DNA from: a virus
DNA length: 64,000 nt
Strand: one strand, 5' to 3'
IMG/VR virus record: IMGVR_UViG_3300023174_009221
Shown here: piece after piece, positions 20,101 through 28,251 of the stretch
How positions within the stretch are numbered: the first letter of the stretch is position 1
Layout of the letters: every line of letters starts with the position of its first letter
The notes under the pieces: model-generated
Told to the model about the DNA's origin: nothing
Seen by the model: the letters and a program-made list of their open reading frames with translations, nothing else
The model's database searches: none
Translations under genes and position numbers: made by a program

Positions 20101-22470
20101 AGATATGGAACTGGAACCGCACCTCAAGATGGCGACCCAACATCAGGGGCTCCAACATCTGAAAAAGCTTTAAAATACATTGGTGGTGACGCTATGGAAA
20201 TTAATACGATAATTTCCGGCCTCACAGCATCTACTCAATACTGGTTTGCGCTTTCAATAAAACCATCGAGCGTAGCTAGTATATACTTTATATATGATTA
20301 CATAAATGCCTCGGCTATTGAGTTATCTGGAGCAGCTGGTGCCACAGGAAATTCAGGAACAAGTGGAACATCTGGATTAAGTGGAACTTCAGGAGTTAAT
20401 GGAACTTCTGGGATATCGGGTTCATCAGGAAGTTCCGGAGTATCGGGTTCATCAGGAAGTTCCGGAGTATCGGGTTCATCAGGAAGTTCCGGAGTATCGG
20501 GTTCATCAGGAAGTTCCGGAGTATCGGGTTCATCAGGAAGTTCCGGTTCATCAGGGACCTCTGCAACTTCTGGAACTTCTGGTTCTTCTTTTGCCTGGAA
20601 AAATTCTTGGAGTCCATTTACAACATACAATATAAACGATGTTGTTGAGTATGTAGGCAGCTCTTACATTTGTCTTGCGAATGGGACAAATGGAACACCT
20701 CCGCCTCCTTTAAATTCTTCTTGGGCATTGGTGTCACAAGCCGGGACTTCTGGCTCATCTGGAACTTCAGGAGTTAATGGAACTTCTGGTATAAATGGAA
20801 CTTCTGGTATCTCAGGCACATCTGGAACCTCAGGCATCGGTTCATCTGGAACTTCTGGAACTTCCGGAGTATTGTCACTATCAGGAACAACCGACAATGG
20901 TCTAATAACTCTGGACGGTTCAGCTCCGAACGGAACAGTAGAATCAAATTTGACATTTGATGGAAATACACTATCGGTATTTGGAGGGTTAGTAGTAAGC
21001 GGAGGATTTACTGTAAGTGGTTCGTCTACAGTTATTAATACCACTAATTTAAGTGTTCAAGACCCTATTATACTTCTAGCATCAACACAATCTGGCACAC
21101 CAACACTTGACTCTGGTATCTTTATATCAAGAGGAAGTGGTCAAACTCAATCACTTATCTGGGATGAATCAGATGATGTTTTTGCATTCATTAAAACCAA
21201 TGACTCAAGTTCGGTGATTGGTAATGTGGCAATAGATTCTTATTCTGATTTGAGAGTTGCCAATTTATCAGTAGAAGGATTTAAATTGACCGCAACTCCA
21301 AGTAACGGATACTTTTTACAATCCGACGCATCTGGAAACGGAAGTTGGGTTCAATTATCATCAATTCAAGGCTCAGGGACATCAAGTTATCTACCGAAAT
21401 GGTCTTCTGCAACTGGATTAACTAACTCATTGATTTATGACAATGGAAGCAGGGTAAGTATTGGAACTACCTCAGCAAACACAGAATCGGTGTTTCATAT
21501 AAGAACATCCACTCAAGGTAGAAGAAACTTCTATATACAAGACACAGCAAACAACACATCATCGGCTTTTAACCAATCTTATGGTCTTTACACCGATATG
21601 AGTAATTCAGGAACAAGTAGTTATGGCGTTTATAATCAAGTTACGGGGTCAACAGTTAACAACTACGGTATCTATAATTACATATCGAGTTCAACTAACA
21701 GTTACGGGCTTTATAACTCACTTTCATCAACTGGAACTAAATATGGACTCTATAATTCATCCCAAGCAACCGGAGTTGTATATGGGGTCTATAACACGTT
21801 TGTATCAAACTCTGGGACAAAATATGGATCATACACTTTTCTTGGCGAAGGCGGAAGTCCAACAAACACAACCACCACTTATGGATCATATACACTAATA
21901 CATTCAGGTCAAAACACCTATGGTCAATATATTTATACTAGTCCTGGTCTACCTAATTCAAACAACAGAGGTCAATATATCCGAATGTCAACCACTGCTT
22001 CAAATTGGGGTCAACAAATATGGATAGATGGTCCAGGAAGTGGAACAGGTTCATATATTCAAGTTTCGGGAACCGGATCTCTTAATTATGGTGTCTACAT
22101 CGACTCATATTCAGCTTCAACTAATTATGGATTGGTTGTAAATAAAGGAACATCAATATTTAATGAATCATCCCTAGACAACGATTTCAAAATAAAGGGA
22201 ATAACAAATTCAAACTTATTCTTTGTCGATGCCTCAAATGATAATATCGGTATAGGAACATCAACTCCGAACGCAAGTGCGATACTACACATCAGTTCAA
22301 CCACATCAGGTTTCTTACCACCAGTAATGACAGGTTCGCAAGCAGAAGCAATAGTCGGACCAACAGAAGGACTATTAGTTTATGCAAATGCAGGTGATGG
22401 TGCTTTAATAACACAAAAGGGTTGGTGGGGATATAATGGGGCTACTTGGAGTAAACTAAATAATTTCTAA
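17176..22470 (+). CDS. Large tail-fibre/adhesin: YVTN-type beta-propeller, Gly-X-Y (GSS/GTS) collagen-like tracts, CBM-like module, YG-rich beta-helical repeats
   Basis: Repeated VSVIDT...ATVSVGxxP blades; SGTSGSSG tracts; WSPFTTYNINDVVEYVGSSYIC; IGIGTSTP near the C-terminus. Confidence 0.85.
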   Translation: MSYISFGSSFSFATSATPSGWLLGYDVDGILKQKDSSGNITLVGGGPTAGNLGTYSLSDILSIGNNTSNQNIIFGTQTYLKSSNGGGKIELDYLGLTNSILLSTDNSALGESGLLLQNSVVNLFSKAYKSAINFGGSGNNISIYNLNPGGWISIGVDSTLNYSQIDEIKVMDNTSLTASTGNSDKSAVLIGTKNSKIYPGVSNTVILGGDNIVASQSNSVYVPDLYFGVNNSIRSTGSDTMFTLSEGNGLTILDRNMFNYDKAWVVLGTDWNPLLFPLSPKQYRELIDIGVNSDPGSGTNSIIVISNTKGPTFAWVEYSSLIMDKSDLTISSSDPDTTYDTIKLNLNAEIGTAKISGPISTFKGLEYTDDYSLNFSTHSLVDKNYVTSILSNPNLSTVLTSGNDSGVKDIIMGTGTVIKSNNGGGQLDLDFSSTSDDVLISTDSGALSQAYVYLQGNNIQIEAPGQFDLTANSAYIDTGDSLGLQYSNSFESTFVTYSLVSKRYVDLGTASIWNVLSLSATGSGSTNYVPKWKSSQNLSSTSSVYITDAIAKDTFSTLNCGNRPIGVEYDGYNNLIWVTNALSNNLSIFNSDTLQIVATVSVGNYPISISWDSVNNQMFVANQNSDNVSVIDTVTKAVTATISVGNFPTGVIVDNSNGLTFVSNQIGASVSVINNNSLSITSSISIATPRQFTIDSDNGNLWVTGVGPDFIAKVDINTLTISSTVSVGTNPYGATWDKYGGKIYVSNYVSNNVSVIDTTSDTIVATVSVGNNPDGVLYDGVNKRVYVACSGSGVVSVIDTLSDTVISSILVNNSPKEFAYDLKNSRVAVSNSTVNTLQLIETIDKQDFVGINTHLPTSKLDVRGRITTEELRISTGAVNGYILVSDDAGIASWTSSNFTFSSTSGTSGTSPAINTQMNWSNSNNSYQQLTIFGVTANGSMIGATGGFYFTPQSTGDVWVSYQFSGEPQDDAIIQLRYGTGTAPQDGDPTSGAPTSEKALKYIGGDAMEINTIISGLTASTQYWFALSIKPSSVASIYFIYDYINASAIELSGAAGATGNSGTSGTSGLSGTSGVNGTSGISGSSGSSGVSGSSGSSGVSGSSGSSGVSGSSGSSGVSGSSGSSGSSGTSATSGTSGSSFAWKNSWSPFTTYNINDVVEYVGSSYICLANGTNGTPPPPLNSSWALVSQAGTSGSSGTSGVNGTSGINGTSGISGTSGTSGIGSSGTSGTSGVLSLSGTTDNGLITLDGSAPNGTVESNLTFDGNTLSVFGGLVVSGGFTVSGSSTVINTTNLSVQDPIILLASTQSGTPTLDSGIFISRGSGQTQSLIWDESDDVFAFIKTNDSSSVIGNVAIDSYSDLRVANLSVEGFKLTATPSNGYFLQSDASGNGSWVQLSSIQGSGTSSYLPKWSSATGLTNSLIYDNGSRVSIGTTSANTESVFHIRTSTQGRRNFYIQDTANNTSSAFNQSYGLYTDMSNSGTSSYGVYNQVTGSTVNNYGIYNYISSSTNSYGLYNSLSSTGTKYGLYNSSQATGVVYGVYNTFVSNSGTKYGSYTFLGEGGSPTNTTTTYGSYTLIHSGQNTYGQYIYTSPGLPNSNNRGQYIRMSTTASNWGQQIWIDGPGSGTGSYIQVSGTGSLNYGVYIDSYSASTNYGLVVNKGTSIFNESSLDNDFKIKGITNSNLFFVDASNDNIGIGTSTPNASAILHISSTTSGFLPPVMTGSQAEAIVGPTEGLLVYANAGDGALITQKGWWGYNGATWSKLNNF
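20414..20546 (+). repeat. 27-bp tandem repeat, about 5 copies (TATCGGGTTCATCAGGAAGTTCCGGAG)
   Basis: Identical in-frame units encoding SGSSGSSGV; last copy 2 nt short. Confidence 0.95.
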
Positions 22471-22683
22471 TTAACCACCAAATACATCAGTGACTCTACC
22501 AAAGCTGACTCTAAAGTTTAGTCGTCTTGCATCAACTGACATATCCAACATGTGTTGTATTCCATCAGTTTCTACTATTCTGACTACAAATCCACCATCA
22601 TTTGCCCATTTGGTGGCATCTTCTATTGTTTTTCCGACATATTCTTCTTTAGATATAATTCCAGAATTTCTTAATTGTTCCAT
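22471..22683 (-). CDS. Small protein resembling I78 / potato-I family protease inhibitors
   Basis: YVGKTIEDA...VRIV...LDMSVDARRLNFRV...GRVT resembles the MDxxxxRLN inhibitor loop. Confidence 0.55.
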   Translation of the reverse strand: MEQLRNSGIISKEEYVGKTIEDATKWANDGGFVVRIVETDGIQHMLDMSVDARRLNFRVSFGRVTDVFGG

Positions 22684-22724
22684 AATAATTTTTTTTAATA
22701 TATATCTAAAAAAGACGGTAAGTT

Positions 22725-22985
22725 ATGCCATCAGTATCAAAAAAACAACAAAGACTTATGGGAATGGCTTATGCTTGGGCTAAGGGCGAAATGCCAGGGG
22801 CTTCAAAATCAGTAAAGGATCTAGCCAACTCTTTTCTAAAAGGCAGTGACAAAAAGAAACCAGCTAAAGACTCCAATACCTATAGGAGAAGGTTGAAAAA
22901 ACTAAGAGATTTTGCAGCAACAAAACATGATAATCTTCCTGAAAAAGTTTCAGAGAATCACATTCTAAGATTTACAGAGTTCTAA
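22725..22985 (+). CDS. DUF3008-like protein
   Basis: MPSVSKKQQRLMGMA...LRDFAATKHDNLPEKV; TAATATATA at 22696-22704. Confidence 0.75.
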   Translation: MPSVSKKQQRLMGMAYAWAKGEMPGASKSVKDLANSFLKGSDKKKPAKDSNTYRRRLKKLRDFAATKHDNLPEKVSENHILRFTEF

Positions 22986-23222
22986 CTATTTCGACTCTGG
23001 TTTTAATCCCCTATCTCCAATTAATTTCATTTTTCTCCCGTCGCTCCATATAAAGGCCTCATTGGGTGAAATCATCTGAAATGAATCACATTCAACATAT
23101 GTTACGGTGTAGTTAATGTTATCACCTTGGCAAACACCAATTGTAAAATTTTTTTTCCTTCTCGGGCCTACACAAGAAAAAAATGTAGATAGAATCACCA
23201 ATACGAATAAACTTTTTTTCAT
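22986..23222 (-). CDS. Putative small lipoprotein
   Basis: MKKSLFVLVILSTFFSC signal peptide II-like sequence. Confidence 0.6.
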   Translation of the reverse strand: MKKSLFVLVILSTFFSCVGPRRKKNFTIGVCQGDNINYTVTYVECDSFQMISPNEAFIWSDGRKMKLIGDRGLKPESK

Positions 23223-23232
23223 ATATTATACT

Positions 23233-23346
23233 TTAAGCAGTTTTGTTTTTATGTTTTTCTTTTCTGGAGTATGTTTTCTTACTTTTCTCAATTTGAGGTC
23301 GAGTTGCTGCCCAGATTTCTTGAAGAGTAAGTTGAATTGTTTTCAT
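23233..23346 (-). CDS. 37-aa basic protein, ArfA-like ribosome rescue factor candidate
   Basis: Manual translation MKTIQLTLQEIWAATRPQIEKSKKTYSRKEKHKNKTA; TATCTTTG at 23367-23374 upstream; below the ORF-track cutoff. Confidence 0.6.
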   Translation of the reverse strand: MKTIQLTLQEIWAATRPQIEKSKKTYSRKEKHKNKTA

Positions 23347-23435
23347 TTGTTCTACTTTTAATTATTCAAAGATAGTAAATTTTTCTTAGATAAAAAAAAA
23401 TAAAAAAAAATAAGAAATTTTTTATATATAGTCAT

Positions 23436-25067
23436 ATGAGATATTTAAAATTATATGAGGCCTTTTCTTCCAAGGGCATTTCTAAAACTATAAATTTTTT
23501 ATCACAAAAAATATCAAGTCAATCGAAAGAAAAATTCTTAGAAGATCTAAAAGAATTTATGCAAAATTCAGATTATCCGCTAAATAAATTAACGGATGAC
23601 TTTATACAATATCTACCGTTCAAAAAGGCTATTTTATTAAAAAATGACAAAGATGTGTCCAACAGAAAGGGTATCTGGGTAATTAAATATTGGTTTTCAG
23701 TTGAAAATGGCTATTTAGGATATACCGCAACAGGAAATAAAACATACACCTTTCGAGAACCAAAAACAATCCATAACAGCCCAAATAGAAAAGACCCACC
23801 CTTCACTAATCGAGAGTTAGACTATATCAAAAAAAATATTACAGAAACCGGTATAATCTGCAGAGTAACAGACTATAGTAAATTAAAAACCGGTCAAGTT
23901 GTAATTGGTATATTTGGTGGTGACATTGCGATAGCTACTGTTTATGTTGATAACAGAGATAGAGTCTACGCCATACAGAATGTAGCATCTGGTTCGTATC
24001 CATCAGACTCAGGTTGGCGTGAATACACAGAATACGGTGACCAATCTTGGTATATTTATGAACCAAGAACTATACCAGATGACCACGAAAAGCTTACTTT
24101 TTATACACCAGGTGATGAACCACTAAGATATGAAGAAAAAGAAGAGCCATCGCAATCAGAAAATCTGTCTCATCTGAATTGGAATTTACCTTTAGACTAT
24201 AATTTTAACCAAGTAATATGGTCTGACTCTGATATGAACTCCATTTCAAGTTATAAAGAAGTTAGTAATGCTGACTTTGCTTTAGTTTTAATGTATGATG
24301 ATTTATTGAATCCGGATGTAGATGCTCCCACTTTTGAGCCAGTATCGGATATCAAAAAATTTAGAGAGGAGTCAAAATCTGGGTCAACTCACTTTATGAC
24401 AGATGAAGAGATAGCTAAGTCTAATTATAACAGATTAATGGATAGGTTAATTTCTATTTATGGTCTGGAATTGAAATCTCAAGAGCAGGATTTATTGAAT
24501 TTACAAAAATTATTTTCCACTTTTTTATGTGGAGAAAAAATCCTTTACAGTTTAATTGCAGGCGAACCAGACACTGAAAATATTTATCGGTTTGAACAAA
24601 ATATAAAATATTTGATAACATGTGAAGATGATGAGGAATCAAAAAAGTGGGCCTTTGAAAAAGTCAAAAAAAGCTTTTTTTCATATAAAGAGGAATCAAA
24701 AAAATATGTTGATAGATTTTCTGGATCTTTAAAAAGAGTTCAGGACGAGGGCGACGAAGAAACGATTGAAATTTTTGATAAACTATCAAAACTAAGTAAA
24801 AAGATTTTACAACTTATTTTTATAAAACCCGTAACAACTCTTAATGAATTAAGATACTTACTGTCTAAAATATACAGTATAACTTATTACTACTCAAAAA
24901 CCGATAAATCAAGAGGCCTTTACAAAGTATTCAGTAATATAAAATTTAATGATAGTGACGTATCAGATGGTATAGGTATAATGGCAAAAAGAACGCAAGT
25001 AGAAATAGAAGAAGACAGAAAATTCGTTGACGAATTAGAAAAATACATTTTACAGCTGTTAGGTTAA
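23436..25067 (+). CDS. Putative internal head protein
   Basis: MRYLKLYEAF start; TTATATATA 5 nt upstream. Confidence 0.75.
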   Translation: MRYLKLYEAFSSKGISKTINFLSQKISSQSKEKFLEDLKEFMQNSDYPLNKLTDDFIQYLPFKKAILLKNDKDVSNRKGIWVIKYWFSVENGYLGYTATGNKTYTFREPKTIHNSPNRKDPPFTNRELDYIKKNITETGIICRVTDYSKLKTGQVVIGIFGGDIAIATVYVDNRDRVYAIQNVASGSYPSDSGWREYTEYGDQSWYIYEPRTIPDDHEKLTFYTPGDEPLRYEEKEEPSQSENLSHLNWNLPLDYNFNQVIWSDSDMNSISSYKEVSNADFALVLMYDDLLNPDVDAPTFEPVSDIKKFREESKSGSTHFMTDEEIAKSNYNRLMDRLISIYGLELKSQEQDLLNLQKLFSTFLCGEKILYSLIAGEPDTENIYRFEQNIKYLITCEDDEESKKWAFEKVKKSFFSYKEESKKYVDRFSGSLKRVQDEGDEETIEIFDKLSKLSKKILQLIFIKPVTTLNELRYLLSKIYSITYYYSKTDKSRGLYKVFSNIKFNDSDVSDGIGIMAKRTQVEIEEDRKFVDELEKYILQLLG

Positions 25068-25498
25068 ATACCCCTTTGTGACTCTCTTTTCAAATCTCGT
25101 TCTTTTATAGTTTGTCTTTTATCCCATAATTTTTTTCCTTTAACAACCCCAATTTTTAATTTTATTTTGTTGTTTTTTATAAATATTTGAAGTGGAACAC
25201 AAGTAACACCGTTATCTGAAAAAAGTTTGGAGATTTTTAAAATCTGAGACTTGGTGAGTAACAATTTTTTTTGTCTGTTTTCATCATGAGTATCAGCAAA
25301 ATGTTGTTGTTTGTATCTACTGACTTTGAAATTTTTTATCCACAATTCTCCGTTATTAAAAAATATATATGAATCAGTTAGATTAACACCACCCAAACGA
25401 ATAGACTTTACTTCGGTGCCTATTAATATAATACCAGCATCAAATTCTTCAATGATTTGATATTCAAAATAAGCCTTTCTATTGTTTGCTAAATTCAT
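25064..25498 (-). CDS. smpB: SsrA (tmRNA)-binding protein SmpB
   Basis: NRKAYFEY...AGIILIGTEVKSIR...KKLLL...GKKLWDKRQTIKERD. Confidence 0.96.
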   Translation of the reverse strand: MNLANNRKAYFEYQIIEEFDAGIILIGTEVKSIRLGGVNLTDSYIFFNNGELWIKNFKVSRYKQQHFADTHDENRQKKLLLTKSQILKISKLFSDNGVTCVPLQIFIKNNKIKLKIGVVKGKKLWDKRQTIKERDLKRESQRGI

Positions 25499-25503
25499 AA
25501 ATA

Positions 25504-25534
25504 CAAAGATAAATAGAATTTCTTAAACAACAAA
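25504..25534 (-). promoter_or_regulatory. Bacteroidota-type promoter (TTTG-N19-TATCTTTG) for smpB
   Basis: -7 element at 25504-25511, 5 nt before the ATG; -33 at 25531-25534. Confidence 0.65.
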
Positions 25535-25550
25535 CCGTAAATATATGCAA

Positions 25551-25892
25551 TTAAAGATACTTGTCTAAAATTTCCACTAATTTATCCTTCTGAAAACTAC
25601 CAATAATTTTAACAGGGTTTCCCTCTTCATTTAAAATTGGATTTCCAGCTTTATAAAAAAGAATAGTTGGGACATTTCTGACTGATAGAGTTTTTAACAA
25701 CTCACTACACTCGTCAGCATTTAATTTACCACACCAGACTCTGCCTTGATATTGTGAAGAGACTTCGTCTATAATTGGAGCAATTGTTTTACAAGGACCA
25801 CACCAAGGGGCCCAGATATCTATAAGACTAAAATCATTTTTAGTGAAACTTTCAAAGTTTCCTTCATTCAATTCTGTTATGTAAGCCATCAT
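25551..25892 (-). CDS. trxA: Thioredoxin
   Basis: WAPWCGPCK active site. Confidence 0.95.
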   Translation of the reverse strand: MMAYITELNEGNFESFTKNDFSLIDIWAPWCGPCKTIAPIIDEVSSQYQGRVWCGKLNADECSELLKTLSVRNVPTILFYKAGNPILNEEGNPVKIIGSFQKDKLVEILDKYL

Positions 25893-25907
25893 AATTTATT
25901 TATTTTT

Positions 25908-27170
25908 TTAAAAAGGTAATTTGTTTTGTTCGTTAACTACCCCATCATTATATTTATTAGGATCTAAAATGTTTCCTACTTTATTTCTTGTATCATTTAC
26001 AATTTCTCTGCGAACAGATAATTCCAAAAGTAACAAGTTTTGAGAATCCAGTTCAATTTCACTAATTTTATGTTTTTCTAAAATTGAAATAGCAACCAGG
26101 GGATCGTGTTGGTAAATTTCTAAAACCGATTTCACAATTTTAATCTGCTCTGAAAGTTTCAAACCCTTTAAGTTTTTTATTGAATTTGGTGCATATCTAC
26201 CCAATCTATTTAGTAATTCTAGATCTGAATTATCAGGACGACAGTCTACATAATCAGTATCAGAAAAGAAAAAATAAAGTTTTTTCCAAAGTTCGACAAA
26301 CTCAGGATTATTGTAAACATTTCTCATATAAAATAAAAACTCATTAGAAGTGTAAATGCTCCCAAGATTAGTATCCTGGAATAAATTCATTGTCTCCTTT
26401 TCATCTTTTAGGTCAAGCGCGTATATCTCAGAGTTGACCCCATACGCCTCTAATATAAATTCTTCTACTAGTTTATCACGACGTATATTAAAATATTGTT
26501 CTAAAATCTTAGAATAAGTCTGAAATAAATCATGGTATCTTTTTTTGAATTTTAATTTAATCGTATCTCCGAACCTCCAATAGTGGCAGTATCTTAATAA
26601 ATCTATTTCAAATTTATCTAACTGACATTGTAACTCCTGCTGTTTTTTTACAATTCTTATAGTAGTGTGTGAAGGAGTCATTAGATTACACACTTTAAGA
26701 TTACCAGTTGATATAAAATCAGAAAATTCATCGGTCCAATAGAGTTTATCTTCATCAATTAGATATCCAATTCTAGTAGCATTGATATCGAATGACCTAA
26801 GTATCATAGAGGTATCGTTAACATTAGATTTGAAGATAATTTTATTAAAAATACCATTATTTGAAACATCGGTAATAGTATAGAATTCTTTAGTGACTTG
26901 CCTAAAATTAAGACCTCTGTAATCTTCAAAAAAAGTTCTGGTTTTTTCTTGATACTGAAAAAGAGATTCTCTATAGGAATCCAATTTTTCAATAATTCCA
27001 TCAAATATAAAAACATCAATATCGTTTACAACAGCTTTAGTTCCAGAAACTAATTGCCAAACAATATTTGCTATTGCACCTCCGGCGATAAATCCGGTTT
27101 CGGGTAAACCCCATTTTTCTTTAATTATCTCAACAGCTTGTCTTCCAAGTCTCTCAATATCTAAATTCAT
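25908..27170 (-). CDS. Protein with N-terminal Pol-beta-superfamily nucleotidyltransferase-like head
   Basis: FIAGGAIAN...NDIDVF...SFDIN motifs. Confidence 0.6.
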   Translation of the reverse strand: MNLDIERLGRQAVEIIKEKWGLPETGFIAGGAIANIVWQLVSGTKAVVNDIDVFIFDGIIEKLDSYRESLFQYQEKTRTFFEDYRGLNFRQVTKEFYTITDVSNNGIFNKIIFKSNVNDTSMILRSFDINATRIGYLIDEDKLYWTDEFSDFISTGNLKVCNLMTPSHTTIRIVKKQQELQCQLDKFEIDLLRYCHYWRFGDTIKLKFKKRYHDLFQTYSKILEQYFNIRRDKLVEEFILEAYGVNSEIYALDLKDEKETMNLFQDTNLGSIYTSNEFLFYMRNVYNNPEFVELWKKLYFFFSDTDYVDCRPDNSDLELLNRLGRYAPNSIKNLKGLKLSEQIKIVKSVLEIYQHDPLVAISILEKHKISEIELDSQNLLLLELSVRREIVNDTRNKVGNILDPNKYNDGVVNEQNKLPF

Positions 27171-27193
27171 AAAAAAGATTTTAAAAATTAAAA

Positions 27194-27793
27194 TTACATA
27201 TACATTTCATCTATCTGGTCAAATTCCTTTTTTGACTGAGACATTAAAATGTGTCTACCGTTTCTGATCTGACTTTTGATAGTCGATAAATTTTTACCCA
27301 ACTGACCAGCTATATCTTTATAGGCCATTTTTTTAACCTCTCTCATCTCTATTACGGTTCTATAAGGTTCTTTTAGGTCTTTCATATATTTTTTTATGAT
27401 TTCGGCCTTTTTTGCTGAAATACTTTGTATCTGTAAATCAGATTCTTCTTCTTGAATGAAATCTTTCATAGTCGTTCCTTCTTCATCAAACTCTACATCT
27501 AATGATATTGACCTTTTTTGGTTTTTGATATCCTGAAGTGTTAGATTCTTTGCGATGGTGAAAAGCCAAGTAGAAAATTGGGATTTGTCTCGATCGTATT
27601 TTTCGATCTTATCTAAAGCTATCATAAACGAATCGGTCGATAAGTCTTCAGCTTTTTGTTGGTCATTACATATTCGTGATGTAAAGTAGATTAGTTTTGG
27701 AAAGTACTTTTGATAAAGTTGTGAAAAGTCTTTTCCTGTTTTTTCTCTGAACAATTTTTCTTGCTCAGCAAATGATTGCATTTTTTTCTCCAT
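27194..27793 (-). CDS. ECF-type RNA polymerase sigma-70 factor
   Basis: Region 2 (AEDL..DSF...FSTWLFTIAKN) and region 4 HTH (YKDIAGQLGKNLSTIKSQIRNGR). Confidence 0.92.
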   Translation of the reverse strand: MEKKMQSFAEQEKLFREKTGKDFSQLYQKYFPKLIYFTSRICNDQQKAEDLSTDSFMIALDKIEKYDRDKSQFSTWLFTIAKNLTLQDIKNQKRSISLDVEFDEEGTTMKDFIQEEESDLQIQSISAKKAEIIKKYMKDLKEPYRTVIEMREVKKMAYKDIAGQLGKNLSTIKSQIRNGRHILMSQSKKEFDQIDEMYM

Positions 27794-27855
27794 ATTTGCC
27801 GTTTATTTTTTTTAATTGACCGTAAGCCGCCATCGCCGTTAATTTGCCGTTTATT
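27794..27855 (-). repeat. Sigma-gene leader with a 14-bp direct repeat (AATAAACGGCAAAT x2) and further CGG cores
   Basis: ATTTGCCGTTTATT at 27794-27807 and 27842-27855; GACCGT, GCCGC and GCCGTT in between. Confidence 0.8.
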
Positions 27856-27912
27856 AATTAATATTATAATTTATATATCAAAAAAGTTGTTTTTCTTACC
27901 AATCTTATTAAT

Positions 27913-28164
27913 TTATTTATCACTATTCTGATATAATAATTTCTCTAAAACCACATGTCTATTATACAATTTCTCATCATAGACCTCTATTACATATCCA
28001 TCAATTTTGAGTTCACTAACCCAAATTTCACTGGTATTAAAGGTTGGTCTTATTTCTAAAGCCCGATCTTTAGCGGATTCAATTGAATCAGCTACTACAA
28101 ATATCTCGGGTAAACCTGATGCATAAAAAGAACCATCATTGAAAGTTGCTATATAAATTTTCAC
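27913..28164 (-). CDS. Hypothetical protein
   Basis: 83 aa, GTG start; TATATTTG at 28169-28176 and TTTG at 28196-28199. Confidence 0.7.
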   Translation of the reverse strand: MKIYIATFNDGSFYASGLPEIFVVADSIESAKDRALEIRPTFNTSEIWVSELKIDGYVIEVYDEKLYNRHVVLEKLLYQNSDK

Positions 28165-28251
28165 ACTACAAATATATTAAATTTTATTAATCAAACAAAG
28201 TTTAGAGAAATAGGTAAAAAATAATATATACAAAAAAATCATAAATAATAA

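Noticed and set aside
20414-20546. 27-bp repeats as a CRISPR array
   Set aside because: No spacers; in-frame coding repeats within the fibre gene; no cas genes
20298-21044. Antisense and alternative-frame ORFs (PEVPDE..., VHQEVPEYR..., MNPILRNFL...)
   Set aside because: Shadows of the Gly-Ser repeat tract
25064-25550. tmRNA gene near smpB
   Set aside because: No intergenic space of adequate size and no tRNA-Ala-like ends seen; it may lie outside the window or be supplied by the host
27793-27833. Programmed -1 frameshift from the upstream ATG through the A8 run into the sigma gene
   Set aside because: The sigma frame is +1 relative to that ATG, so a -1 shift would not join them
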